Under the pieces are notes generated by a model. That model made no database searches. It saw only the letters and a program-made list of their open reading frames with translations, and was not told the DNA's origin. This document shows positions 12,701-22,200 of a DNA stretch of 64,000 nucleotides, piece after piece. Source of the stretch: Balanoglossus misakiensis (taxonomy: Eukaryota; Animalia; Hemichordata); assembly GCA_040954595.2 (NCBI GenBank), contig CM082588.2:12165398-12229397 (forward strand), given 5' to 3'. A program made the translations under genes and the position numbers. Positions within the stretch are counted from its first letter, which is position 1, and every line of letters starts with the position of its first letter.

Positions 12701-15596
12701 TCAATGATGTGCCCTTATACTCGGCTCCGCAATCAAACACCACCCTGATCTTCTTTTTCTTGGGATGGTATATCCCATGGTGTGGAATGTACCATTTCTT
12801 TCCCTCTTCACACTGCAGCTCTTGTTCCGGTATCTTCTCAGCATAGCCTCTATTGATGACCTCATTCATGAAGGCTTTGTAATCATCATGATACTGTTGA
12901 TCCCGCAGAAATTTACGTTTCAGATGAGTAATCCGTTGCTCAGCTACCGATCTGTTATCTGGCATCTTTACATCAGAATGTCGAAATGGTAGAGGCACCT
13001 GGTAGTGACCGTCCTCAAACTTTGTATTCGCCACCACCGTGTCCATGAACTTCTTATCCTCAACTGACCTTTCTGGTTTATCATCAATGGTTCTCTCACT
13101 GAACTCATGATTGAAATAGTTCGCCAACTGCTGCTCAATTGGTACTCCCACCTGGATTCTGTGCACTGATGCTTGAGCTGCTGGGTCACCGGCCCCCTTA
13201 AGAGGTCCATTCACAGCCCATCCTAGTAAAGTTCTAACAGCATATGGTCCCTCATTTTGGCTGTTGATAACTTCCCATGGCTCAAATGCCTTGGATACAT
13301 TGTTCCCAATTAGCAGACCAATTTCTGCATCGATACTTGGCAAATGTACATCACGCAAGTATGGCCACTGTGATATGTCTTTCTGTGTCACTATGTCCTG
13401 CTTTGACACTGGCATTTCATCCTGGGTATATGTAACAGGAAGTGTTATGGCATTCTTACCATCCAAGTCTGTGACCTCTAGGCCTTTCAACACGTACGTG
13501 TCAACCATTTTCGTCTCTGTTATGGTGTGAAGATTCAACTTGGTCTTCTTTCCACCGACATTCGGGCGCTGTTTGATTTTCTCAGTGCAGAAGACTGCAT
13601 CACTGCCATTGTCCAAAAATGCATATGTCTGTACAGACGCACCGGTGGATTTGCATCTCACTACCACTGGTAATATTACTGGAACGCCAGTAAGGTCCTT
13701 GGCCACAATGTTCTGACGGGTTACATCTACGTAGCCGATTTTGACTTCACCACAACCACTGCTAATACTGCTCACAGGGGTATTGGCTTCAGTTTTTTCT
13801 CGGTGCAACACTGTCGGGTGTTGTCGTTTGCATACGTCACATGTTAACTTGTTGCCACAGTCCTTGACCAGGTGATTGGTATTTCTCAGACATCCATAAC
13901 ACAAGCCCTTGGATCTGAGGAACTGTATTCTCTCCTTAAAGGGTTTGGTTGCCAACATCTTGCAACTGTTCAAGTTGTGTGTTGATTCCTTACAATGTGC
14001 ACAAGTAACAGAATGAGTACTTTCTGTATTTACAGCGAAACTGGTGCCCCTGGGTCTTGGGCTGGACTTCTTTTCATGCTTGAAGTTAGCACTCTTTTCC
14101 TTGTGTGGTGTATTGTTCAGGTTTCCAAATATCACATTTGACATCACTTCAGCTTCAGTATTCACGAATTCAACAAGATCCTTGAATACAACTGGGCGTT
14201 TTTGTAGCAACTCATGCGTTTTTCTTCGCCATTTGTCTCTAAGTTTGTATGGCAACTTATCTACAAGCATCTGTAGGTTTTTGTAGTGATCCAGTTCCCT
14301 CAGGTGAAGGTCACCCTGCATAGCGTTCTCACATTTCACCAGAAACAGTGAAAATTTGTTCATAGCAATCTTATCTTCAGACTTGATATCTGGCCATTTC
14401 TCAGCCTGGCTAGCATACGCTTGAGAAATTATATGAGCATTACCGTATTTTTTGTCCAACAGTTTTTTGGCCCTGGTATACCCTTCTGCTGGGTCCATAA
14501 ACATGCAACTGCTTACGATTTCCTGTGGGTCCTCATCTGTGTACTGTTCCAAGTAGTACAGCCTTTCCTCACTGTCATCAGTCTTCATTTCAATGCCATG
14601 TTTGAATGCCCGCATGAATGACTTGTATTTCAATGGGTCTCCCCTGAAGATAGGTATCTTCTGAGGTGGCAATGCAGCCCGTTTATTGTGATCAATGAGT
14701 AGTTTAGTCATTTGGGTCTGTTGCTGCATCACTGTAGAAAGCCCTTCTTCCATGGAACCATGACTGCTGTTGCTACCAGCATCCTGATTATCTTTCTGCA
14801 TTACTGGTTTATGAGTAGAAATGTCTGCCAAGTCTGGAGGTCCTTGGGCTACTGCACCATCAGCATGCTCTTCAAATTGCTCATACACTTTGATTTTAGC
14901 ATCTTGCATGGCAATTTCTGTGTTAAGTACTAAAAGTTCTTTTTTTCTTTGTAGTTCAGCTTCACGCTCTTCTATGGCCTGCCTTTCTTTTAATGCTGCT
15001 GCTTGTACTAACAGTTCAGCTCTCTTCGCCACTGCACTGATTTTAGAAGCATTGCTACTTCTGCTGCTGGCTTTACTACAGGCTGAAACTTCACTGCCAC
15101 TTGTTTGTGATTTGCCTGTTCTCACCTGCAGTTTAGGTTCAATCTGTGAAACACTGTCAGATGGTTTCACGTCCAGTTCTGCATGCATGGCTGCTCTTTC
15201 AACTTTTCTCAACCAACTTTCCACTTCACCCCTAAAATTGTCAAACTCCTGTAAACGAGGGGCTACAAGACGCTGGTAATCTTGTTTTCCTTCTGCTTCA
15301 TCCAATACACTATGGTATTTGCTATCTGCTGCGCAGAAATTGTCAAATGCATGACGCCATTCATGTAGTTTGTTTTTTACTTTCTCCATATTACGCATGT
15401 CTCCCATCAAGACTTTAATTTGGTTCATTTTTCCAGTCACCTGTCCACATGCAGCCGACCTGGAACCTTTCAACATTCTTTTTTCTTCATCCAGTCCTTT
15501 TTCAGTTTGCACTGATTCATGCTTGAGTGGTGCTTTATCGCCGTAATTCATAGCGTCAGTGTCTTCCCATACATCATCTTCTTCTTTATTGCTCAT
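9744..15596 (-). CDS. BEL/Pao Gag-Pol polyprotein (~1950 aa from the first ATG): Gag with three Cys-His boxes, aspartic protease, RT, RNase H, integrase
   Basis: Uninterrupted ORF; the track starts at GTG 15614 and the first ATG is at 15596. Gag boxes: CAHCKESTHNLNSC, CYGCLRNTNHLVKDC, CDVCKRQHPTVLH. Protease: AFLDNGS. RT: YIPHHG...IRVVFDC and FYVDD (12363-12374). RNase H: HHFSDAS, FWTDS, NPAD. Integrase: HESIGH...CVAC, GVDYFGP, SDNGTN, GGVWERQIR. C-terminal FWKRWIKEYLPTLQ...WPMGRV. Confidence 0.97.
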   Translation of the reverse strand: MSNKEEDDVWEDTDAMNYGDKAPLKHESVQTEKGLDEEKRMLKGSRSAACGQVTGKMNQIKVLMGDMRNMEKVKNKLHEWRHAFDNFCAADSKYHSVLDEAEGKQDYQRLVAPRLQEFDNFRGEVESWLRKVERAAMHAELDVKPSDSVSQIEPKLQVRTGKSQTSGSEVSACSKASSRSSNASKISAVAKRAELLVQAAALKERQAIEEREAELQRKKELLVLNTEIAMQDAKIKVYEQFEEHADGAVAQGPPDLADISTHKPVMQKDNQDAGSNSSHGSMEEGLSTVMQQQTQMTKLLIDHNKRAALPPQKIPIFRGDPLKYKSFMRAFKHGIEMKTDDSEERLYYLEQYTDEDPQEIVSSCMFMDPAEGYTRAKKLLDKKYGNAHIISQAYASQAEKWPDIKSEDKIAMNKFSLFLVKCENAMQGDLHLRELDHYKNLQMLVDKLPYKLRDKWRRKTHELLQKRPVVFKDLVEFVNTEAEVMSNVIFGNLNNTPHKEKSANFKHEKKSSPRPRGTSFAVNTESTHSVTCAHCKESTHNLNSCKMLATKPFKERIQFLRSKGLCYGCLRNTNHLVKDCGNKLTCDVCKRQHPTVLHREKTEANTPVSSISSGCGEVKIGYVDVTRQNIVAKDLTGVPVILPVVVRCKSTGASVQTYAFLDNGSDAVFCTEKIKQRPNVGGKKTKLNLHTITETKMVDTYVLKGLEVTDLDGKNAITLPVTYTQDEMPVSKQDIVTQKDISQWPYLRDVHLPSIDAEIGLLIGNNVSKAFEPWEVINSQNEGPYAVRTLLGWAVNGPLKGAGDPAAQASVHRIQVGVPIEQQLANYFNHEFSERTIDDKPERSVEDKKFMDTVVANTKFEDGHYQVPLPFRHSDVKMPDNRSVAEQRITHLKRKFLRDQQYHDDYKAFMNEVINRGYAEKIPEQELQCEEGKKWYIPHHGIYHPKKKKIRVVFDCGAEYKGTSLNKELMQGPDLTNSLLGVLTRFRQEPVAMMADVESMFSQVAVPKASCDFQRFLWWTDGDTSNPPEEYRMKVHIFGATSSPSCANYALKKTADDCAEHHEEHVVNTIKKDFYVDDMLKSVPTEETGRGLSKNLRSACSRGGFRLTKWVSNRRSVLESIPEEERAKEIKDLDLDQDSLPIERALGMQWDVESDRFGFNITMKDKPATRRGILSIVSSVFDPLGLAAPAILPAKIILQDLCKQKLDWDEKMPVKLQKRWEKWMNDLPKLEENCFVNRCLKPDGFGEAVSVQLHHFSDASELGYGTVSYLRMVNGHGDVHCALLLSKTRVAPLKQITVPRMELAAATLAVRVDRSLKGELDVQVDDTFFWTDSMTVLRYINNETARFHTYVANRVTLIREGSEPRQWHYIESSQNPADECSRGQPVDKFLKNERWMNGPKFLSKPELEWFENPEANHSDELLSDDPEVKRVAAVKVCDVDESRNTVCKLLDHYSSWYALKKAVAHVLRVKQMLIDKSKSKTAGKIGEAHLCMQSRQISVQDLKRAEHAIIKFVQQDAFPEEISMLKGSNVDGNGVKRNSPIYKLDPVIGDGGLLRVGGRISRAALPEDMKHPLIIPKGTHVSKLILRDIHESIGHMGRNSMLARLREWYWMVGANSAARELINKCVACRRFRAKPGEQKMADLPVDRLTPGEPPFSRVGVDYFGPIEIKRGRSVVKRYGVMFTCLSSRAVHLEKADSLDTDSCINALRRFIARRGSVKEIRSDNGTNLVGAQRELKREIDNWNQDKIHGFLLRRGIDWIFNPPAGSHFGGVWERQIRTVRQLLQAIAKEQLLDDEGLETLLCEVEHIINSRPITTPSDDVGDLEVLTPSMLLTMKGSSLSPSLTEKSDLYTRRRWRQVQYMADLFWKRWIKEYLPTLQERQKWLKPKPNLAVGDVVLMVDESSPRCSWPMGRVIEVMPDSKGLVRRVKLKTRSTVLERPIDKLCLLLEVD

Positions 15597-15725
15597 TTTT
15601 GTAGTTTGATGCACTGATATTGTCCAGAAAGAATGTACTCACTGTCGTACTGTTACACAGCAAACAAAGTGTTTCTCACCACACAGACTGTACTGGCCTT
15701 TGTTACAGAGTCTCTTCTCTGTCCA

Positions 15726-15740
15726 ACAAAAGTTTTACTA
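15726..15740 (-). promoter_or_regulatory. Non-canonical primer-binding site (no TGG), complementary to the element's own LTR
   Basis: The sense strand after the 5' LTR reads TA-GTAAAACTTTTGT-TGGAC. 15726-15738 is the exact reverse complement of 16101-16113. Confidence 0.65.
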
Positions 15741-16287
15741 TGTAACTGCAACCTACAGGCACTTCCTTTGCAGTCCGTTCACTGAGGGAGGCGACTCTTC
15801 CAAGTTTACGGGTCCCGTTAGCCTATGCGATGTGGCTCACCTTGTAGGTCAAATCGAGGTCATCTGTCGCTGCGTCACCGCCTCGACAGCCATATACGTG
15901 TATACAAAGTCACTACAGTCCAAGTTATGCGAATTCAAGATGCTGTCCGCATCCTTTAATGTCGCCGGAAAATACTGTAACAACCAACACGTCAAAACGA
16001 ATACATCCACAAACTGCCTACCGAAAATAGATCCGCAATAGATCAGTCAACTGTCGACATCTACACCCGAACGGTGGCTCATAGCATCACAAACAGAACC
16101 GTAAAACTTTTGTGTTTTTGGGTCGCCATTCCTCAGGCCTCGTTTTCAATCCAGAATGACCTCAGAGTAAGCATGAAAGGTCACGAAAGGCGCCCTCTCT
16201 GGCAGAAACAAACAAATCTTGAATTTGCCCTCACAGCAAACAGAGGGTGGCAAAAACACTAAAATAAGGAGAGGTTTGGCGTCTACA
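15741..16287 (-). repeat. 5' LTR (547 bp)
   Basis: Direct repeat of 8878-9424, lying upstream of the ORF on the minus strand and flanked by the TSD copy CATCA. Confidence 0.97.
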
Positions 16288-19200
16288 CATCATAAATGGA
16301 ATTCAAAGAATGGTCACATAACGGGCCATGTTTTACAAAAAGACTTTTGTATAGTATCAAGGCTTTGTTTTGGAATAACGAATTCTCTCCAAGATTTAAG
16401 TGGAACAGTCACAGAATGAAAACAAATATGGAAAGAGTTATGCTGGAATGTTATAAGGGATAGATTAATATTGCAAATAATTTAATTTCTTACATCATAA
16501 AATAAATTCAAAGAATGGTCACATAACAGGATATGTTTTACTAAAAAGACTTATGTTATAGTTTCAAGGCTTTGTTTTGGAATAACGAATTCTCTACAAG
16601 ATTTAAGTGGAACAGTCACAGAATGAAAACAAATATGGAAAGAGTTATGCCGGAATGTTGTAAGGAATAGATTAATATTGCAAATAATTTAATTTCTTAC
16701 ATCATAAATGGAATTCAAAGAAACGTCACGTAACAAGATATGTATCGTTTCAAGGCTTTGTTTTGGAATAACGAATTCTCTACAAGATTTAAGTGGAACA
16801 GTCACAGAATGAAAACAAATATGGAAAGAGTTATGTTGGTATGTTGTAAGGGATAGATTAATATTGCAAATAATTTTATTTCTTACATCATAAATGGAAT
16901 TCAAAGAATGGTCACATAACGGGCCATGTTTTACTAAAAAGACTTATGTATAGTTTCAAGGCTTTGTTTTGGAATAACGAATTCTCTCCAAGATTTAAGT
17001 TGAACAGTTACAGAATGAAAACAAATATTCAAATAGTTATGCCAGAATGTTGTAAGGGATAGATTAATATTGCAAATAATTTAATTTCTTACATCATAAA
17101 TGGAATTCAAAGAATGGTCACATAACGGGCCATGTTTTACAAAAAGACTTTTGTATAGTTTCAAGGCTTTGTTTTGGAATAACGAATTCTCTACAAGATT
17201 TAAGTGGAACAGTCACAGAATGAAAACAAATATGGAAAGAGTTATGCTGGAATGTTATAAGGGATAGATTAATATTGCAAATAATTTAATTTCTTACATC
17301 ATAAAATGAATTCAAAGAATGGTCACATAACAGGATATGTTTTACTAAAAAGACTTATGTTATAGATTCAAGGCTTTGTTTTGGAATAACGAATTCTCTA
17401 CAAGATTTAAGTGGAACAGTCACAGAATGAAAACAAATATGGAAAGAGTTATGCCGGAATGTTGTAAGGAATAGATTAATATTGCAAAAAATTTAATTTC
17501 TTACATCATAAATGGAATTCAAAGACAGGTCACGTAACAGGATATGTATAGTTTCACGCCTTTGTTTTGGAGTAACGAATTCTCTACAAGATTTAAGTGG
17601 AACAGTCACAGAATGGAAACAAATATGGAAAGAGTTATGCTGAAATGTTGTAAGGGATAGATTAATATTGCATACAATTTAATTTCTTACATCATAAATG
17701 GAATTCAAATAATGGTCACATAACAGGATATGTTTTACTAAAAAGACTTATGTATAGGTTCAATAATTTGTGTTGAAATACCAAATTCTCTACAAGATTT
17801 AAGTGGAACAGTCACTGAATGAAAACAAATATAGAAAGAGTTATGCCTGAATGTTGTAAGGGATAGATTAATATTGCAAATAATTTAATTTCTTATATCA
17901 TAAATGGAATTCAAAGAATGGTCACATAACGGGCCATGTTTTAGTAAAAAGACTTATGTATAGTTTCAAGGCTTTGTTTTGGAATAACGAATTCTCTCCA
18001 ACATTTAATTTGAACAGTTACAGAATGAAAACAAATATTCACATAGTTATGCCAGAATGTTGTAAGGGATAGTTTAATATTGCAAATAATTTAATTTCTT
18101 ACATCATAAATGGAATTCAAAGAATGGTCACATAACGGGCCATGTTTTACAAAAAGACTTAATATGTATAGTTTCAAGGCTTTGTTTTGGAATAACGAAT
18201 TCTCTACAGGATTTAAGTGGAACAGTCACAGAATGAAAACAAATATGGAAAGAGTTATGCTGGAATGTTGTAAGGGATAGATTAATATTGCAAATAATTT
18301 AATTTCTTACATCATAAAATGAATTCAAAGAATGGTCACATAACAGGATATGTTTTACTAAAAAAACTTATGTATAGTTAAAAGGCTTTGTTTTGGAATA
18401 ACGAATTCTCTACAAGATTTAAGTGGAACAGTCACAGAATGAAAACAAATATGGAAAGAGTTATGCTGGAATGTTATAAGGGATAGATTAATATTGCAAA
18501 TAATTTAATTTCTTACATCATAAAATAAATTCAAAGAATGGTCACATAACAGGATATGTTTTACTAAAAAGACTTATGTTATAGTTTCAAGGCTTTGTTT
18601 TGGAATAACGAATTCTCTACAAGATTTAAGTGGAACAGTCACAGAATGAAAACAAATATGGAAAGAGTTATGCCAGAATGTTGTAAGGAATAGATTAATA
18701 TTGCAAATAATTTAATTTCTTACATCACAAATGGAATTCAAAGAAATGTCACGTAGCAGGATATGTATCGTTTCAAGGCTTTGTTTTGGAATAACGAATT
18801 CTCTACAAGATTTAAGTGGAACAGTCACAGAATGAAAACAAATATGGAAAGAGTTATGCTGGAATGTTATAAGGGATAGATTAATATTGCAAATAATTTA
18901 ATTTCTTACATCATAAAATGAATTCAAAGAATGGTCACATAACAGGATATGTTTTACTAAAAAGACTTATGTTATAGATTCAAGGCTTTGTTTTGGAATA
19001 ACGAATTCTCTACAAGATTTAAGTGGAACAGTCACAGAATGAAAACAAATATTCAAATAGTTATGCTGGAATGTTGTAAGGGATAGATTAATATTGCAAA
19101 TAATTTAATTTCTTACATCATAAATGAAATTCAAAGAATGGTCACATAACGGGCCATGTTTTACTAAAAAGACTTATGTATAGTTTCAAGGTTTTGTTTT

Positions 19201-22200
19201 GGAATAACGAATTCTCTACAAGATTTAAGTGGAATAGTCACAGAATGAAAACAAATATGGAAAGAGTTATGCTGGAATGTTGTAAGGGATAGATTAATAT
19301 TGCAAATAATTTAATTTCTTACATCATAAAATGAATTCAAAGAATGGTCTCATAACAGGATATGTTTTACTAAAAAAACTTATGTATAGTTACAAGGCTT
19401 TGTTTTGGAATAACGAATTCTCTACAAGATTTAAGTGGAACAGTCACAGAATGAAAACAAATATGGAAAGAGTTATGCTGGAATGTTATAAGGGATAGAT
19501 TAATATTGCAAATAATTTAATTTCTTACATCATAAAATAAATTCAAGGAATGGTCACATAACAGGATATGTTTTACTAAAAAGACTTATGTTATAGTTTC
19601 AAGGCTTTGTTTTGGAATAACGAATTCTCTACAAGATTTAAGTGGAACAGTCACAGAATGAAAACAAATATGGAAAGAGTTATGCCAGAATGTTGTAAGG
19701 AATAGATTAATATTGCAAATAATTTAATTTCTTACATCACAAATGGAATTCAAAGAAACGTCACGTAACAGGATATGTATCGTTTCAAGGCTTTGTTTTG
19801 GAATAACGAATTCTCTACAAGATTTAAGTGGAACAGTCACAGAATGAAAACAAATATGGAAAGAGTTATGCTGGAATGTTATAAGGGATAGATTAATATT
19901 GCAAATAATTTAATTTCTTACATCATAAAATGAATTCAAAGAATGGTCACATAACAGGATATGTTTTACTAAAAAGACTTATGTTATAGATTCAAGGCTT
20001 TGTTTTGGAATAACGAATTCTCTACAAGATTTAAGTGGAACAGTCACAGAATGAAAACAAATATTCAAATAGTTATGCTGGAATGTTGTAAGGGATAGAT
20101 TAATATTGCAAATAATTTAATTTCTTACATCATAAATGAAATTCAAAGAATGGTCACATAACGGGCCATGTTTTACTAAAAAGACTTATGTATAGTTTCA
20201 AGGTTTTGTTTTGGAATAACGAATTCTCTACAAGATTTAAGTGGAATAGTCACAGAATGAAAACAAATATGGAAAGAGTTATGCTGGAATGTTGTAAGGG
20301 ATAGATTAGAATGTTGTAAGGGATAGATTAATATTGCAAATAATTTAATTTCTAACATCATAAAATGAATTCAAAGAATGGTCACATAACAGGATATGTT
20401 TTACTAAAAAGACTTATGTTATAGTTTTAAGGCTTTGTTTTAGAATAACGAATTCTCTACAAGATTTAAGTGGAACAGTCACAGAATGAAAACAAATATG
20501 GAAAGAGTTATGCCGGAATGTTGTAAGGAATAGATTAATATTGCAAATAATTTAATTTCTTACATTATAAATGGAATTCAAAGAAAGGTCACGTAACAGG
20601 ATATGTTTTACTAAAAAAACTTATGTATAGTTACAAGGCTTTGTTTTGGAATAACGAATTCTCTACAAGATTTAAGTGGAACAGTCACAGAATGAAAACA
20701 AATATGGAAAGAGTTATGCTGGAATGTTATAAGGGATAGATTAATATTGCAAATAATTTAATTTCTTACATCATAAAATAAATTCAAGGAATGGTCACAT
20801 AACAGGATATGTTTTACTAAAAAGACTTATGTTATAGTTTCAAGGCTTTGTTTTGGAATAACGAATTCTCTACAAGATTTAAGTGGAACAGTCACAGAAT
20901 GAAAACAAATATGGAAAGAGTTATGCCAGAATGTTGTAAGGAATAGATTAATATTGCAAATAATTTAATTTCTTACATCACAAATGGAATTCAAAGAAAC
21001 GTCACGTAACAGGATATGTATCGTTTCAAGGCTTTGTTTTGGAATAACGAATTCTCTACAAGATTTAAGTGGAACAGTCACAGAATGAAAACAAATATGG
21101 AAAGAGTTATGCTGGAATGTTATAAGGGATAGATTAATATTGCAAATAATTTAATTTCTTACATCATAAAATGAATTCAAAGAATGGTCACATAACAGGA
21201 TATGTTTTACTAAAAAGACTTATGTTATAGATTCAAGGCTTTGTTTTGGAATAACGAATTCTCTACAAGATTTAAGTGGAACAGTCACAGAATGAAAACA
21301 AATATTCAAATAGTTATGCTGGAATGTTGTAAGGGATAGATTAATATTGCAAATAATTTAATTTCTTACATCATAAATGAAATTCAAAGAATGGTCACAT
21401 AACGGGCCATGTTTTACTAAAAAGACTTATGTATAGTTTCAAGGTTTTGTTTTGGAATAACGAATTCTCTACAAGATTTAAGTGGAATAGTCACAGAATG
21501 AAAACAAATATGGAAAGAGTTATGCTGGAATGTTGTAAGGGATAGATTAGAATGTTGTAAGGGATAGATTAATATTGCAAATAATTTAATTTCTAACATC
21601 ATAAAATGAATTCAAAGAATGGTCACATAACAGGATATGTTTTACTAAAAAGACTTGTGTTATAGTTTTAAGGCTTTGTTTTAGAATAACGAATTCTCTA
21701 CAAGATTTAAGTGGAACAGTCACAGAATGAAAACAAATATGGAAAGAGTTATGCCGGAATGTTGTAAGGAATAGATTAATATTGCAAATAATTTAATTTC
21801 TTACATCATACATGGAATTCAAAGAAAGGTCACGTAACAGGATATGTATAGTTTCAAGCCTTTGTTTTGGAGTAACGAATTCTCTACAAGATTTAAGTGG
21901 AACAGTCACAGAATGAAAACAAATATGGAAAGAGTTATGCTGAAATGTTGTAAGGGATAGATTAATATTGCATAAAATTTAATTTCTTACATCATAAATG
22001 GAATTCAAAGAATGGTCACGTAACAGGATATGTATAGTTTCAAGGCTTTGTTTTGGAATAACGAATTCTCTACAAGATTTAAGTTGAACAGTCACAGAAT
22101 GAAAACAAATATGGAAAGAGTTATGCTGGAATGTTGTAAGGGATAGATTAATATTGCAAATAATTTAATTTCTTACATCATAAAATGAATTCAAAGAATG

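Larger units (their letters stand above)
8878..16287 (-). mobile_element. Full-length BEL/Pao LTR retrotransposon (7410 bp)
   Basis: Direct 547-bp LTRs with TGT...ACA ends, 5-bp TSD CATCA (8873-8877 and 16288-16292), and a single polyprotein with BEL/Pao motifs in the order Gag-PR-RT-RH-IN. The satellite resumes in register on both sides. Confidence 0.97.

Noticed and set aside
13605-13613. Protease active site DNG instead of D(S/T)G as a sign of inactivation
   Set aside because: The catalytic Asp and the flanking hydrophobic context are intact, and the middle residue varies among BEL/Pao proteases. Not enough to claim loss of function.
9772-15279. Many + strand ORFs overlapping the polyprotein
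   Set aside because: Antisense shadows of the long minus-strand ORF with no recognisable domains.
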